Assembly (NCBI GenBank): GCA_964479585.1
Contig: CAYZMP010000003.1
Coordinates: 5,045-69,044 of the forward strand
Direction: 5' to 3'
Length of the DNA stretch: 64,000 nucleotides
Origin: an uncultured Erysipelothrix sp.
GTDB taxonomy: Bacteria; Bacillota_I; Bacilli_A; Erysipelotrichales; Erysipelotrichaceae
The position numbers were made by a program, and so were the translations under genes. Below are positions 1 to 8,446 of this stretch, one piece after another. Numbering within the stretch: position 1 is the stretch's first letter; every line of letters starts with the position of its first letter. Under the pieces are notes generated by a model that saw only the letters and a program-made list of their open reading frames with translations, searched no databases and was not told the DNA's origin.

Positions 1-351
1 TACACCCTTCTCAATCTTTACTTCTCCTTTTGGTCCAACAAGTGTGCAACCATTTGTTCCTTCAATAGATCCTGACATTTTAACAAATGCTTGAATACCT
101 AATTGTCTTGCTTCGGTTAACGATACTTCCACTTGTGTTTCTGGACGTGTTGGGCCTAAAATCACTACATTTTTAATTGTATTTTTTGGACCTACAATAT
201 CAACACGCTCTTGACATGCGTATTGTCCAGGTTGTGATAAGTCTTTGGTTGGGGTTAATGTTGCATTATCTCCAAACAAAATCTCTAAGTGTTCTTGTGT
301 AACATGTACATGACGTGCTGAAATCTCTACTAATACTTCTTTTTTTGTCAT
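1..351 (-). CDS. pduL: PduL-type phosphate acyltransferase (phosphotransacetylase), N-terminal part; the gene runs off the left edge
   Basis: Own translation from ATG at 351: MTKKEVLVEISARHVHVTQEHLEILFGDNATLTPTKDLSQPGQYACQERVDIVGPKNTIKNVVILGPTRPETQVEVSLTEARQLGI... The SARHVH, LSQPGQ(F/Y)A and LGPxRxxTQVE motifs are PduL signatures. Truncated, so absent from the ORF track. Confidence 0.8.
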   Translation of the reverse strand, partial: MTKKEVLVEISARHVHVTQEHLEILFGDNATLTPTKDLSQPGQYACQERVDIVGPKNTIKNVVILGPTRPETQVEVSLTEARQLGIQAFVKMSGSIEGTNGCTLVGPKGEVKIEKGV

Positions 352-506
352 AATTTACTCCATTTCTTTACATGTTCATTATACTTTGATAGTGCTTTTT
401 TTTCAAACAAAACCCTTGTAACAACTATTTATCTTCTTATACTTTTTAGTTTAGTTTAAAGATAGCTGTGCTAATTTTATATGCTATAATTAAAACAGGT
501 GAAATT

Positions 507-1202
507 ATGTCATTTAAGAAATTTATGATCCGAAATTTTTCGAATAAACCTGTGTTAGTTTTTATTCATGGATTTAGTAGAAGAACATCACAACCATTAA
601 AAAAGGCAATCGATTATTTTAAACAACGTGGTTATTATGTCATTGTCCCTGAACTGTTTGATCCAAACAATGAAAATGATGATATTCCTATCCATTGGAT
701 TGATAATGCAAAAAAAGCAGTTGATGATGCTTTTTCAATAAAAGATCATGTTGTCGTTATTGGATTTTCTATGGGAGGAGTTATTGCAAGTGATATTGCT
801 GCAACTTATCCTGTAAAACTTTTAGTGTTATTAGCCCCTGCATTTGAGTATGTCACTCTTAAAGCGGTTAAAGAAACCATTAGTAAAAAAATCAATAAAC
901 GAAACATGCAAAAGATAAATCCAAAGAAACTCCCAGAAAACTTTGTAGAAGCATTTAAAGAAGTTGTTTTGCAATGCAAAGGTTCTATTTTCAATGTACA
1001 TTGCCCAACAATCATATTTCATGGTCTTGTTGATGAAACAATCCCGTCTCGATCTAGTGAGTTTGCCTATCATAATATCCCCACAGAACAAAAAAAATTA
1101 TTCATGTTAGATAATGTTAACCATAATATCATTGAAGATTCTCTTTATGGTGATGATATTATTCAACTTATTGAAACAAACATAGAACAATTGAACCATT
1201 AA
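507..1202 (+). CDS. alpha/beta-fold hydrolase (esterase/lipase family)
   Basis: ORF 468..1202. Start moved to ATG 507, which is preceded by AGGTGA. Contains the VFIHGF oxyanion region, a GFSMGG nucleophile elbow (GxSxG) and C-terminal HGxxD plus His. Confidence 0.8.
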   Translation: MSFKKFMIRNFSNKPVLVFIHGFSRRTSQPLKKAIDYFKQRGYYVIVPELFDPNNENDDIPIHWIDNAKKAVDDAFSIKDHVVVIGFSMGGVIASDIAATYPVKLLVLLAPAFEYVTLKAVKETISKKINKRNMQKINPKKLPENFVEAFKEVVLQCKGSIFNVHCPTIIFHGLVDETIPSRSSEFAYHNIPTEQKKLFMLDNVNHNIIEDSLYGDDIIQLIETNIEQLNH

Positions 1203-1230
1203 CGAATAGTTAGTGGTTTTTATATAAAAA

Positions 1231-1251
1231 AACACTAGAGCTCTAGTGTTT
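1231..1251. terminator. bidirectional rho-independent terminator between the hydrolase gene and tRNA-His
   Basis: Perfect palindrome AACACTAGAG/CTCTAGTGTT flanked by an A-run upstream and T-rich sequence downstream. Confidence 0.6.
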
Positions 1252-1263
1252 GTTTGAAAACTA

Positions 1264-1341
1264 TGGGGCGACCGACGGGACTTGAACCCGCGAATGCCGG
1301 AGCCACAACCCGGTGCGTTAACCAACTTCGCCACGACCGCC
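1264..1341 (-). tRNA. tRNA-His (GUG)
   Basis: Reverse complement GGCGGTCGTGGCGAAGTTGGTTAACGCACCGGGTTGTGGCTCCGGCATTCGCGGGTTCAAGTCCCGTCGGTCGCCCCA folds as a cloverleaf. Anticodon loop is TTGTGGC (GTG). The extra G-1 pairs with C73, as expected for His, and CCA is encoded. Confidence 0.9.
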
Positions 1342-1358
1342 ATTTGTCTTGCTTTGTT

Positions 1359-1387
1359 ATTTTACTCTATTTACATTTTTTTGTAAA
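1359..1387 (-). promoter_or_regulatory. sigma-70 type promoter for tRNA-His
   Basis: Minus strand reads TTTACA, 17 nt, TAAAAT, ending about 18 nt upstream of the tRNA 5' end. Confidence 0.5.
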
Positions 1388-1459
1388 GGCGTTTACGTGT
1401 ATTTTTAATCAGTTGTTAATCTATCATTGTTGCATTCAAAAAATACCCTGTTAAGGGTA

Positions 1460-2047
1460 CTATTTTAATTGTTTTGTTTTTGCTTGTGGATAAATTCTCC
1501 ACAGCACATGGACTAGCGGTAATGTTAGAATAACCGCTGCAACTGCCTCCACTATCGTATTTGATAACACGATTGTAAAGACAAACACTAACCATTCATT
1601 TATTTGTGTAAGCAAGTCTCCAGTATATCCTAAAAAGAAATACAATGTTCCTAACACAAAAACTGCATGCAGGATAGTTGATATAAAAGCAGTAAGTCCA
1701 ATAGATACGTTTTCATTCCATTTAAAATTTTTCGCTAAGTTCCATAATAATGCAATTACTAAACCAAAAGCTAATCGTGGAAGCACGGACAGCACTGGAT
1801 TAGCAAACAAGACATCAATCGGCGTTACAGCTCTTGTCATTGCCACAAACATTGTGCTTAAACCAAAAGCTGCACTTGTAATCAATGCTGATTTCATACC
1901 AAATGCAATACCTGCCACAATAACAGGAATATGTAAAATTGTAATGGATATCGGTCCTATGGTAATAATTCCTAAGTTTGGAATAAGTGCCATGATTGCG
2001 ACAATAGCTATAAACATAGCGTTAAATGTAATTTCTTTAGTACTCAT
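1460..2047 (-). CDS. ECF-transporter S-component-like membrane protein, possibly pantothenate-specific (PanT-like)
   Basis: 195 aa with about six hydrophobic helices. Its start overlaps the coaX stop by 11 nt, a gene pairing typical of vitamin-uptake S components. Function inferred from context only. Confidence 0.55.
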   Translation of the reverse strand: MSTKEITFNAMFIAIVAIMALIPNLGIITIGPISITILHIPVIVAGIAFGMKSALITSAAFGLSTMFVAMTRAVTPIDVLFANPVLSVLPRLAFGLVIALLWNLAKNFKWNENVSIGLTAFISTILHAVFVLGTLYFFLGYTGDLLTQINEWLVFVFTIVLSNTIVEAVAAVILTLPLVHVLWRIYPQAKTKQLK

Positions 2048-2807
2048 GTTTCACCTTCTTGTTTTTAAATAAATAATACAAACCATCGTTAACTAAATTC
2101 GGTTCAAATTCAAAATCTTTCATGCTTTGGTGTACGATATTTGCAAATCCACCTGTTAAAATCTTATGGTGTTTTTTGCCCAATTGTTTTTCAATACGAT
2201 ATGCAATACCTTCTACACTCCCTATCACTCCATATAATAACCCAGATTGCATAGATGATATAGTGTCATGCCCAATAATACACTGTGGTAGCTCTAGTTT
2301 AATCTCTGGCAAGTGAGGAATAAACTGTGTTAACGCCTGACTTGATATACCAATCCCAGGGATAATAACACCACCTAAAAATTGTTGATTTTCGTTAATA
2401 ATGCTCAACTTAGTAGCACTACCCATATCTGCTATAATAGCAGGAACTTTTTCTTTGGCAATAGCTCCATATGCTGAAGCAATAAAATCAGCCCCTAATT
2501 CATTAGGATTGTCTAAGTGAATTTTAAACTCAGGAACATTGGTTGTTTTTATGTTGAATGGTTTTACACCAAACACATTTTCTAAGATTTTTAAGACGTT
2601 CATTGTGACTGATGGTACAACACTTGCTAGTACCACACCTTCACACGATTGATGTACATTTTGCTTTATATCATTAAAATAAGTTGTGTATATCTGGTCT
2701 ATATTATTTTTTTCAGTTTCTTCCCGTTTTTGATAAAGAATTTGACCTTTGTTATTATACACAACTATTACTACATTCGAATTTCCTATATCTATTGTTA
2801 CAATCAT
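2037..2807 (-). CDS. coaX: type III pantothenate kinase
   Basis: N-terminus MIVTIDIGNSNVV (DxGNS phosphate-1 motif), then ADMGSATK and GGVIIPG motifs. The 256 aa length is typical for CoaX. Confidence 0.9.
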   Translation of the reverse strand: MIVTIDIGNSNVVIVVYNNKGQILYQKREETEKNNIDQIYTTYFNDIKQNVHQSCEGVVLASVVPSVTMNVLKILENVFGVKPFNIKTTNVPEFKIHLDNPNELGADFIASAYGAIAKEKVPAIIADMGSATKLSIINENQQFLGGVIIPGIGISSQALTQFIPHLPEIKLELPQCIIGHDTISSMQSGLLYGVIGSVEGIAYRIEKQLGKKHHKILTGGFANIVHQSMKDFEFEPNLVNDGLYYLFKNKKVKHEY

Positions 2808-2854
2808 ATTGCACCTCTATACTAGTTTACACGATTCTTATTTGAAATACCAAT

Positions 2855-2880
2855 GAAAAAGCCAGCATTGTCTGCTGGCT
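2855..2880 (-). terminator. rho-independent terminator of the tad-like operon
   Basis: Minus strand GCCAGCA-GACAA-TGCTGGC followed by TTTTT. The hairpin abuts the stop codon of the last tad gene. Confidence 0.7.
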
Positions 2881-3209
2881 TATGAAACAGGTACAGTGTA
2901 ACCAGATACATGTCCTTGCATCTTTAACTGTGCAAATAGGATTGTTATCGGAAACGCTACCGTAACTTGGTATCGATTCATGTTTGCTTCAACTATTGAA
3001 AAAGTACATTTTTGACATCTAATTTTATTTGAGATATCAATCTCTACATCACGATCATATTTATTATGATATTCTACAATTGAAACAATCTTCTCTTGCA
3101 CAAAACGAGCATTATTGTATGAAATCATGACGCCTACAACAGAAATACTTACCATTAATAACATCATTGTAAACGATAAAACTAATGATAGCTCAATTCC
3201 ACCTTTCAT
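2880..3209 (-). CDS. TadE-like pseudopilin / membrane-anchored pilus protein
   Basis: 109 aa. N-terminus MKGGIELSLVLSFTMMLLMV has a short basic leader, Gly, Glu and a hydrophobic helix. GAGGTGG RBS. Its ATG overlaps the stop of the upstream small pilin ORF (TAATG). Confidence 0.5.
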   Translation of the reverse strand: MKGGIELSLVLSFTMMLLMVSISVVGVMISYNNARFVQEKIVSIVEYHNKYDRDVEIDISNKIRCQKCTFSIVEANMNRYQVTVAFPITILFAQLKMQGHVSGYTVPVS

Positions 3210-3358
3210 TAACTACCCACCTCGGTTGTAATGTTATTCCATTGAGTTTCAATACTCTCACGTAATGTTAGTTTAAAGGTATCCGAAAAAGAAATCATAC
3301 CAACTGCTATCACAGTCACAACTAATACTAACCCATATTCTTCAAAAAATGCTTTCAT
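3209..3358 (-). CDS. Flp-family-like pilin, 49 aa, without a recognisable leader peptide
   Basis: Not in the ORF track (<60 aa). Own translation: MKAFFEEYGLVLVVTVIAVGMISFSDTFKLTLRESIETQWNNITTEVGS. It has the EYGL core plus hydrophobic helix of Flp pilins (G/xxxxEYGL). GGGGGTGA RBS lies 5 nt upstream. It sits between the tadC-like and tadE-like genes. Confidence 0.6.
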   Translation of the reverse strand: MKAFFEEYGLVLVVTVIAVGMISFSDTFKLTLRESIETQWNNITTEVGS

Positions 3359-3362
3359 TTGT

Positions 3363-4124
3363 TCACCCCCTTTCTAATAATGCCACAAATGTTTGCATCA
3401 TCATGGTAATAAAGACAATAGTAACTCCAAACAACGGCAACATCCCCCACCATTGTTTCATTTGAGATTGACTATCTTGATTGTCAAGACGTTGTTCACG
3501 TAGCCATTTTGATGTAGAAGCAATCATGCGATTAAGTTGTTTCATTGAATCTTCTTTACCTACACTGTTGTATCGATAAAGTAGTTTCATTGCTCGTTCA
3601 ACTTCAACACATTCATAATCCTCTAAAAACCCAATATATGTTAACAAATTCTGTGGATCCAAACGTAATTTCTCAATAAAACTTAACAAATGATTTTGAA
3701 TTAACACTGGTGCAAAGTGATGTGATTTTTGTAAGGAAACAACCACAGTATTGTTTTGCAATAATATTTGAAGTTGTCTTAACCAAATTGGAAACTCATA
3801 TTTTAATTGTTTAACTTTTTTATTGAACTCCGATTTAAGTCGAAAGTATGGCATTTTATAAACCACTATAGCAACCACTACCCAAATAAGCACATACAGT
3901 AACTCCCACTGATAGTAAATGGAAAGAACGACAAGCAGTACAATAGATAGTGAGTGAAGTAGTCGCCGATCCTGAAATTTCTCTGATGACTTGTTGCTTG
4001 TCATTTTTAGCAATTGATCTACGTCATTTTCTTTGACTAAATGTGAGAGCACATCTCTGTTAATCATTAACAACACCCACACAAGTAAAATGCTCCCTAT
4101 TAGGATGATTTTTTCCACAAACAC
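3363..4124 (-). CDS. TadC-like inner-membrane pilus platform protein (T2SS-F family)
   Basis: About 250 aa polytopic membrane protein directly after the tadB-like gene and the TadA ATPase. The likely real start is GTG at 4118, 7 nt after AAGGAGA. Family assignment rests on context and topology. Confidence 0.55.
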   Translation of the reverse strand: MFVEKIILIGSILLVWVLLMINRDVLSHLVKENDVDQLLKMTSNKSSEKFQDRRLLHSLSIVLLVVLSIYYQWELLYVLIWVVVAIVVYKMPYFRLKSEFNKKVKQLKYEFPIWLRQLQILLQNNTVVVSLQKSHHFAPVLIQNHLLSFIEKLRLDPQNLLTYIGFLEDYECVEVERAMKLLYRYNSVGKEDSMKQLNRMIASTSKWLREQRLDNQDSQSQMKQWWGMLPLFGVTIVFITMMMQTFVALLERG

Positions 4125-4969
4125 TCTCCTTTAGAAATCCAGCTCTCCTTTAAAAATCTGTAGACCATCATCATAGTAAATAAGATGATAAGTAAAAATA
4201 CAAAGATTACATTATGGTAAATTTGGTGTGTTTTTAATTCCATAAATGCTTTAAGCATAGTTTGATTAAACATTGCAATGATGATAGAGAGCATACATAA
4301 TGTAAGGATTTTATTTTTCATTTGATGTAGTGACATAACATGTAAATGAGTGTCTTCAATCCAATCATCAATATCATCTTCTAACAGCTCAACAGCCTCT
4401 TTGCAATCGTCTACACCGTACATTTCCGCTGAAGTAATCCAAGTTTGAATGTTATATACAATAAAGTGTGGATACTTTGATGCAATAACGTCAAACGCTT
4501 TTGCTGCATCTCCACTTTCTTCCAATACGTCAATCGCATTATCTACCAAAGTTTTAAGTTCATCTTTTGCATATTCTTTGCTTTCATACAACGCTAATAG
4601 GACTTTGTTGGATGATTTAAAATGAGCTAGAAAGTGTTGAAGAAAGGATGTTATTTGCTCATAATCACTTGCGTGATAACGATACTGAAGTTGCCATAAA
4701 AGAAAGACAGGATAGCTTATCCAAGTAAACATTAGTAATAGTACAATATAGTCTTTCGGCAAATAAAATAGTAATGATAATACAATGATAATAATGCTAA
4801 GCATTGTTAACATAAAGCATTGGTATTTTAGACTAAAGACAAAATTATTCTTAACATAAATTCTTTTGATGGAAGATATCTTCCCTTTAAAAAGATAGGA
4901 TAGCGGGATATCACTTTTTACTAATAAAACAAAGACAACAATTGCCACACCACTAATCATCCATCTCAT
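4100..4969 (-). CDS. TadB-like inner-membrane pilus platform protein (T2SS-F family)
   Basis: 289 aa: N-terminal TM helices, a central soluble helical segment and C-terminal TM helices. Overlaps the ATPase stop by 4 nt. Confidence 0.55.
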   Translation of the reverse strand: MRWMISGVAIVVFVLLVKSDIPLSYLFKGKISSIKRIYVKNNFVFSLKYQCFMLTMLSIIIIVLSLLFYLPKDYIVLLLMFTWISYPVFLLWQLQYRYHASDYEQITSFLQHFLAHFKSSNKVLLALYESKEYAKDELKTLVDNAIDVLEESGDAAKAFDVIASKYPHFIVYNIQTWITSAEMYGVDDCKEAVELLEDDIDDWIEDTHLHVMSLHQMKNKILTLCMLSIIIAMFNQTMLKAFMELKTHQIYHNVIFVFLLIILFTMMMVYRFLKESWISKGECLWKKSS

Positions 4970-5973
4970 GAGCTTTTAATCCTGTTTTCATAGAGTTTCT
5001 TTTTTTCGCTTAGTTTTTCTGGAAGTACATCAATCATCTCAGTGGTGTCTTCATGCTTATAAATCGTCGTGTACAGTGGTTTATCCCCTTTAATCTCATA
5101 AACAATAACTTCTTTTATGTATCGTTTTATCCCTTTTTTACTTATGCTTGCTTCAATGTGGATGCCCACATCTATAACATCACAAATCATTTGATTTAAC
5201 ACCTCATTACTTAACTCAACCCCAGGAAACATATGGAGTAATCGTCTTGGTATGTGTCTTGCTGAAGGAGCATGAATGGTACTCAGTAAATTGGCTCCTG
5301 TAGAAACACTTTGAAATAAGTTAACAACTTCTTTACCTCTAACTTCTGAAACTAGCATCCAATCTGGTCGTTGTCTTAAACAAGCTTTAATAGCTGCAGG
5401 ATAATCAAACCGATCATTCACTTTTAGTGACACACAATCCGACTTAGGATGTAAATCTGCATATCTAAGTTCATAGGTATCTTCAATGGTAATAACACGT
5501 TGATTAGCTTCGATATATTGTGATAAATACTTTACTAATTCGGTCTTTCCAGCTCCTGGTAAACCACTTACAATAATGTTGCATTTTATCTTGACACATT
5601 CTATTAAGAACTTAATAACCCACATAGGAGCATAATTTTGTCTTTTTAATAAACGATCATTTAATCGCATTACCGTAGGTGTCTTTCTAATTGATATACT
5701 AATTTTTTTGCACACACTACTGTGTATCAAGCTGATTCTAAGTTGATCTGTTTCTGCTTCTACTACAGGAGAAACAGCATTAAATGTTAAATTAGCATAG
5801 TTGGCAAAGCGATATCCAATTTGCATGCATTCATGATGTTGATCAAAATCATTGATCATGTATCTTCCTTTTTTTAAATGGTCTACCCACAATTGTTCAC
5901 CATTGTAATTAATGTCGGTAATGTAATCATCTTCAATGTATGGATTTAAGACTGTGAAGTCAAAATCATTCAT
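4966..5973 (-). CDS. TadA/CpaF-type secretion ATPase (type II/IV secretion NTPase)
   Basis: Walker A SGLPGAGKTE, Asp box ITIEDTYEL, Walker B RPDWMLVSEVRG and His box STIHA. 335 aa. Confidence 0.85.
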   Translation of the reverse strand: MNDFDFTVLNPYIEDDYITDINYNGEQLWVDHLKKGRYMINDFDQHHECMQIGYRFANYANLTFNAVSPVVEAETDQLRISLIHSSVCKKISISIRKTPTVMRLNDRLLKRQNYAPMWVIKFLIECVKIKCNIIVSGLPGAGKTELVKYLSQYIEANQRVITIEDTYELRYADLHPKSDCVSLKVNDRFDYPAAIKACLRQRPDWMLVSEVRGKEVVNLFQSVSTGANLLSTIHAPSARHIPRRLLHMFPGVELSNEVLNQMICDVIDVGIHIEASISKKGIKRYIKEVIVYEIKGDKPLYTTIYKHEDTTEMIDVLPEKLSEKKKLYENRIKSS

Positions 5974-6676
5974 ATAAATAACTCCAAATTATTGATGATT
6001 CATTTATTATCGCTTCCTGATTTGGTGGCTCATTTAACAATACTGGTACTAAATCAAAACTACCTTTGTTTTCTGCCAAATAAAAGGAGTTAGCATCTTT
6101 ATGATTCAAAGAAAGCAATATAACATGTGGTGTCTTTTGACTTTGTGGATGATTCATGTCTAGACCATACCGATCCTTTAGTGCTAAGATACGAACGTTT
6201 TTATATATAGTATCCACAATTGGATTCTCATTTCGAACAGGATAGGTATACACTAAATCAACATATTGCCCAGGTAATAATGTATTTCCTAATGACTTAA
6301 TAACATCAACACTTAATGATACTGCTACTTGATTTTCTTTTAAGCGTAGTAAAGGTGCATCGTTACTTTTTATTGGATCATCAAGTGCTTCCTTAAAAAA
6401 GAACATTCCTTGATAAATACTAGAGTCATATGAAACAACCTGACCGATAATGTCTTCTTTACTTGTAAAAATGTTGTTTGGTATTAAATTACTCGGTAAT
6501 GATATTGTTTGAATGTCGTCTTCGGTAATAGGATTTCTTGGGACAAGTGTTGTTTTCGCAACATAGACATCTGTACTTTTTGTTAGTGTTTTAACGATGA
6601 GAAACGATACACTAACATTGATTGCAATCATTAAAGCAATACTAATTACAATTATTGATTTCTTTTTATTATTCAT
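5966..6676 (-). CDS. CpaB/RcpC-like Flp pilus assembly protein (N-terminal TM anchor plus SAF-like domain)
   Basis: ORF 5966..6682. The ATG at 6676 lies 6 nt after AGGAGA. N-terminal anchor SIIVISIALMIAINV, then a VPRNPITEDDI...IIGQVV SAF-like segment. It sits immediately upstream of tadA, as in tad loci. Confidence 0.6.
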   Translation of the reverse strand: MNNKKKSIIVISIALMIAINVSVSFLIVKTLTKSTDVYVAKTTLVPRNPITEDDIQTISLPSNLIPNNIFTSKEDIIGQVVSYDSSIYQGMFFFKEALDDPIKSNDAPLLRLKENQVAVSLSVDVIKSLGNTLLPGQYVDLVYTYPVRNENPIVDTIYKNVRILALKDRYGLDMNHPQSQKTPHVILLSLNHKDANSFYLAENKGSFDLVPVLLNEPPNQEAIINESSIIWSYLYE

Positions 6677-7034
6677 AGTCAATCTCCTGAATCATGGTTT
6701 CATCAGAGGTGATAAAAATCGGGAAATAGGAACTCATGTTTTTAACGTTTACTGATACACGTATAAGTAGTGGATGATGATTAAATCCCATTAAATGCCA
6801 ACTTGCTTCATCATACTGATTTACTGATGTAGAAAAGTATTCACCAAATAGGTTAAATGCTGTTTTTGAATCACACGACATGGTCAAGCATGTGTTCATT
6901 GTAGAACGTAAAGATTGTTTGTGCGCTCTTACAACTTGATTTCTAGTGTGTTCAAAATTAAACAACCATATCATTGATCCAATCATAATCATTAACAAAA
7001 TCCATAACACTGCACTCATGATAATCCCTTTCAT
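6669..7034 (-). CDS. membrane-anchored protein of unknown function; first gene of the tad-like operon
   Basis: 121 aa. N-terminal helix MSAVLWILLMIMIGSMIWLF. GAGGTGA RBS. Overlaps the cpaB-like start. Confidence 0.45.
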   Translation of the reverse strand: MKGIIMSAVLWILLMIMIGSMIWLFNFEHTRNQVVRAHKQSLRSTMNTCLTMSCDSKTAFNLFGEYFSTSVNQYDEASWHLMGFNHHPLLIRVSVNVKNMSSYFPIFITSDETMIQEIDYE

Positions 7035-7058
7035 TATTCACCTCACAGTGTATTATTG

Positions 7059-7088
7059 AAAAAAAAACAACATGTTCCTACATGTTGT
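7059..7088 (-). terminator. rho-independent terminator after the Ca2+/Na+ antiporter gene
   Basis: Minus strand ACAACATG-TAGGAA-CATGTTGT followed by a T8 run. Confidence 0.7.
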
Positions 7089-8026
7089 TACAAAATTGTT
7101 TGAATTATATAAAATAAATAGCTTACGATGAGTAATACACCTTGCCATCGATAGAAGCGTTTTTTAAACAAGGATGGAATAATGGTAATCACCATAAACC
7201 ATAATGAGAAAGGAATATCAACACTTATTGTCTCTGGACGTGTTATTAGTTGACCTGAAGAAGCTATAACCGATGCTGGTATCGCAAAACTCATGTTTAA
7301 GACATTAGCACCAATAATGTTCCCAATGGATAACCCTGATTCTTTTTTAATAAGTGCCATTATCGTCGTAACAAACTCTGGTAAGGATGTCCCTAATGCG
7401 ACTATCGTTAATCCTACAACTGCTTGTGGTACCGATAAAATCTCAGCTAACTCACTAGCACTACTTACAAGCAGTTCAGCACCAACCACAACCATTATTG
7501 CACCAAGTAAAAAAAGAATGATTTGCTTTTTCGTGTTTGTTGGTTGTACTTTTTCAATCGGATTGTCTTCTTGATCTTTAACTTCAAGCAAATTTAACCA
7601 TAAAAATCCTACAAGCATAACCCATAAAATGATACTTTCTTGATTAGATAAAATTAAGTCTCTCATTAAAACAAGTGATATGAGAGTTAATCCGATCATG
7701 AAAAATCCTTTTTGAAAGACACCTCTACTTACATTTTTTGAAGGAGAAACGGATAATGAAATTCCTAGTATTAATCCTAAGTTAGCAATAACTGAACCAA
7801 ATGCATTACCGATAGCTAAATCCACATTACCTACAGAAGATGCAAGCACTGAGACTAAGACCTCTGGTAAAGTGGTTGCTAAAGAGACAATAGTGGCACC
7901 AATAATAAAACTTGGTATCCCAGTGATTTTTGCAACATAAACTGCTGCATCTACAAACCAGTCTCCACCTTTAATGATTAAAATAAATCCTACAATTAAC
8001 CAAAATACTAACAAAAGAATATCCAT
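7088..8026 (-). CDS. Ca2+/cation antiporter (CaCA / YrbG family sodium-calcium exchanger)
   Basis: Two internally repeated halves, each with an alpha-repeat (GATIVSLATTLPE and LTIVALGTSLPE). Start moved to the ATG at 8026, which follows AAGGGGA. Confidence 0.85.
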   Translation of the reverse strand: MDILLLVFWLIVGFILIIKGGDWFVDAAVYVAKITGIPSFIIGATIVSLATTLPEVLVSVLASSVGNVDLAIGNAFGSVIANLGLILGISLSVSPSKNVSRGVFQKGFFMIGLTLISLVLMRDLILSNQESIILWVMLVGFLWLNLLEVKDQEDNPIEKVQPTNTKKQIILFLLGAIMVVVGAELLVSSASELAEILSVPQAVVGLTIVALGTSLPEFVTTIMALIKKESGLSIGNIIGANVLNMSFAIPASVIASSGQLITRPETISVDIPFSLWFMVITIIPSLFKKRFYRWQGVLLIVSYLFYIIQTIL

Positions 8027-8092
8027 ATAATCCCCTTTTTTACAACAAAAAGAATATATCATTTTTCACTATTAAAAGCAAAAGAAATCCAT

Positions 8093-8130
8093 TAAAAAAG
8101 TCGAGGCACACATGATTTGTCACTCGACTT
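8093..8130 (-). terminator. rho-independent terminator of the rnf operon
   Basis: Minus strand AAGTCGAG, 17-nt loop, CTCGACTT followed by TTTTTT. Confidence 0.6.
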
Positions 8131-8136
8131 TCATCT

Positions 8137-8445
8137 TTATGGTTTTATATTTGTTGCTTTTCCTTTTTCCTTAAAATATTCTTTAAGATACTCAGCAATT
8201 TTTACTCGTGTTTCTTGATTAGAAGGTTTACACAATGACACAGACTCTGCATCTTGATCAATAAAGGCTTCCGCTAATCCAGCACAGCCTGGATAACCAC
8301 AAGCACCACAATTAAGTCCCGGTAACATTGTCATAACATCATCAAACGCCGGATCTGGTTCAACATAAAACCTTTCAGATGCGTATCCAAGGCCAACACC
8401 CAATAAAGCACCGAGTGCTAACATAATAAGAACTGATTCAATCAT
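8137..8445 (-). CDS. rnfB: RnfB, truncated form: TM anchor plus N-terminal Fe-S domain only, no 4Fe-4S ferredoxin domains
   Basis: 102 aa. TM helix, then ..FYVEPDP..LPGLNCGACGYPGCAGLAEAF...LCKP, the RnfB N-terminal Cys cluster. The ORF then ends, and no CxxCxxCxxxCP motifs are present. Confidence 0.75.
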   Translation of the reverse strand: MIESVLIMLALGALLGVGLGYASERFYVEPDPAFDDVMTMLPGLNCGACGYPGCAGLAEAFIDQDAESVSLCKPSNQETRVKIAEYLKEYFKEKGKATNIKP

Positions 8446-8446
8446 A

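Noticed and set aside
1107-1454. ORFs 1107..1343 (-) and 1254..1454 (+).
   Set aside because: Both overlap tRNA-His and the bidirectional terminator. Neither has an RBS or family resemblance.
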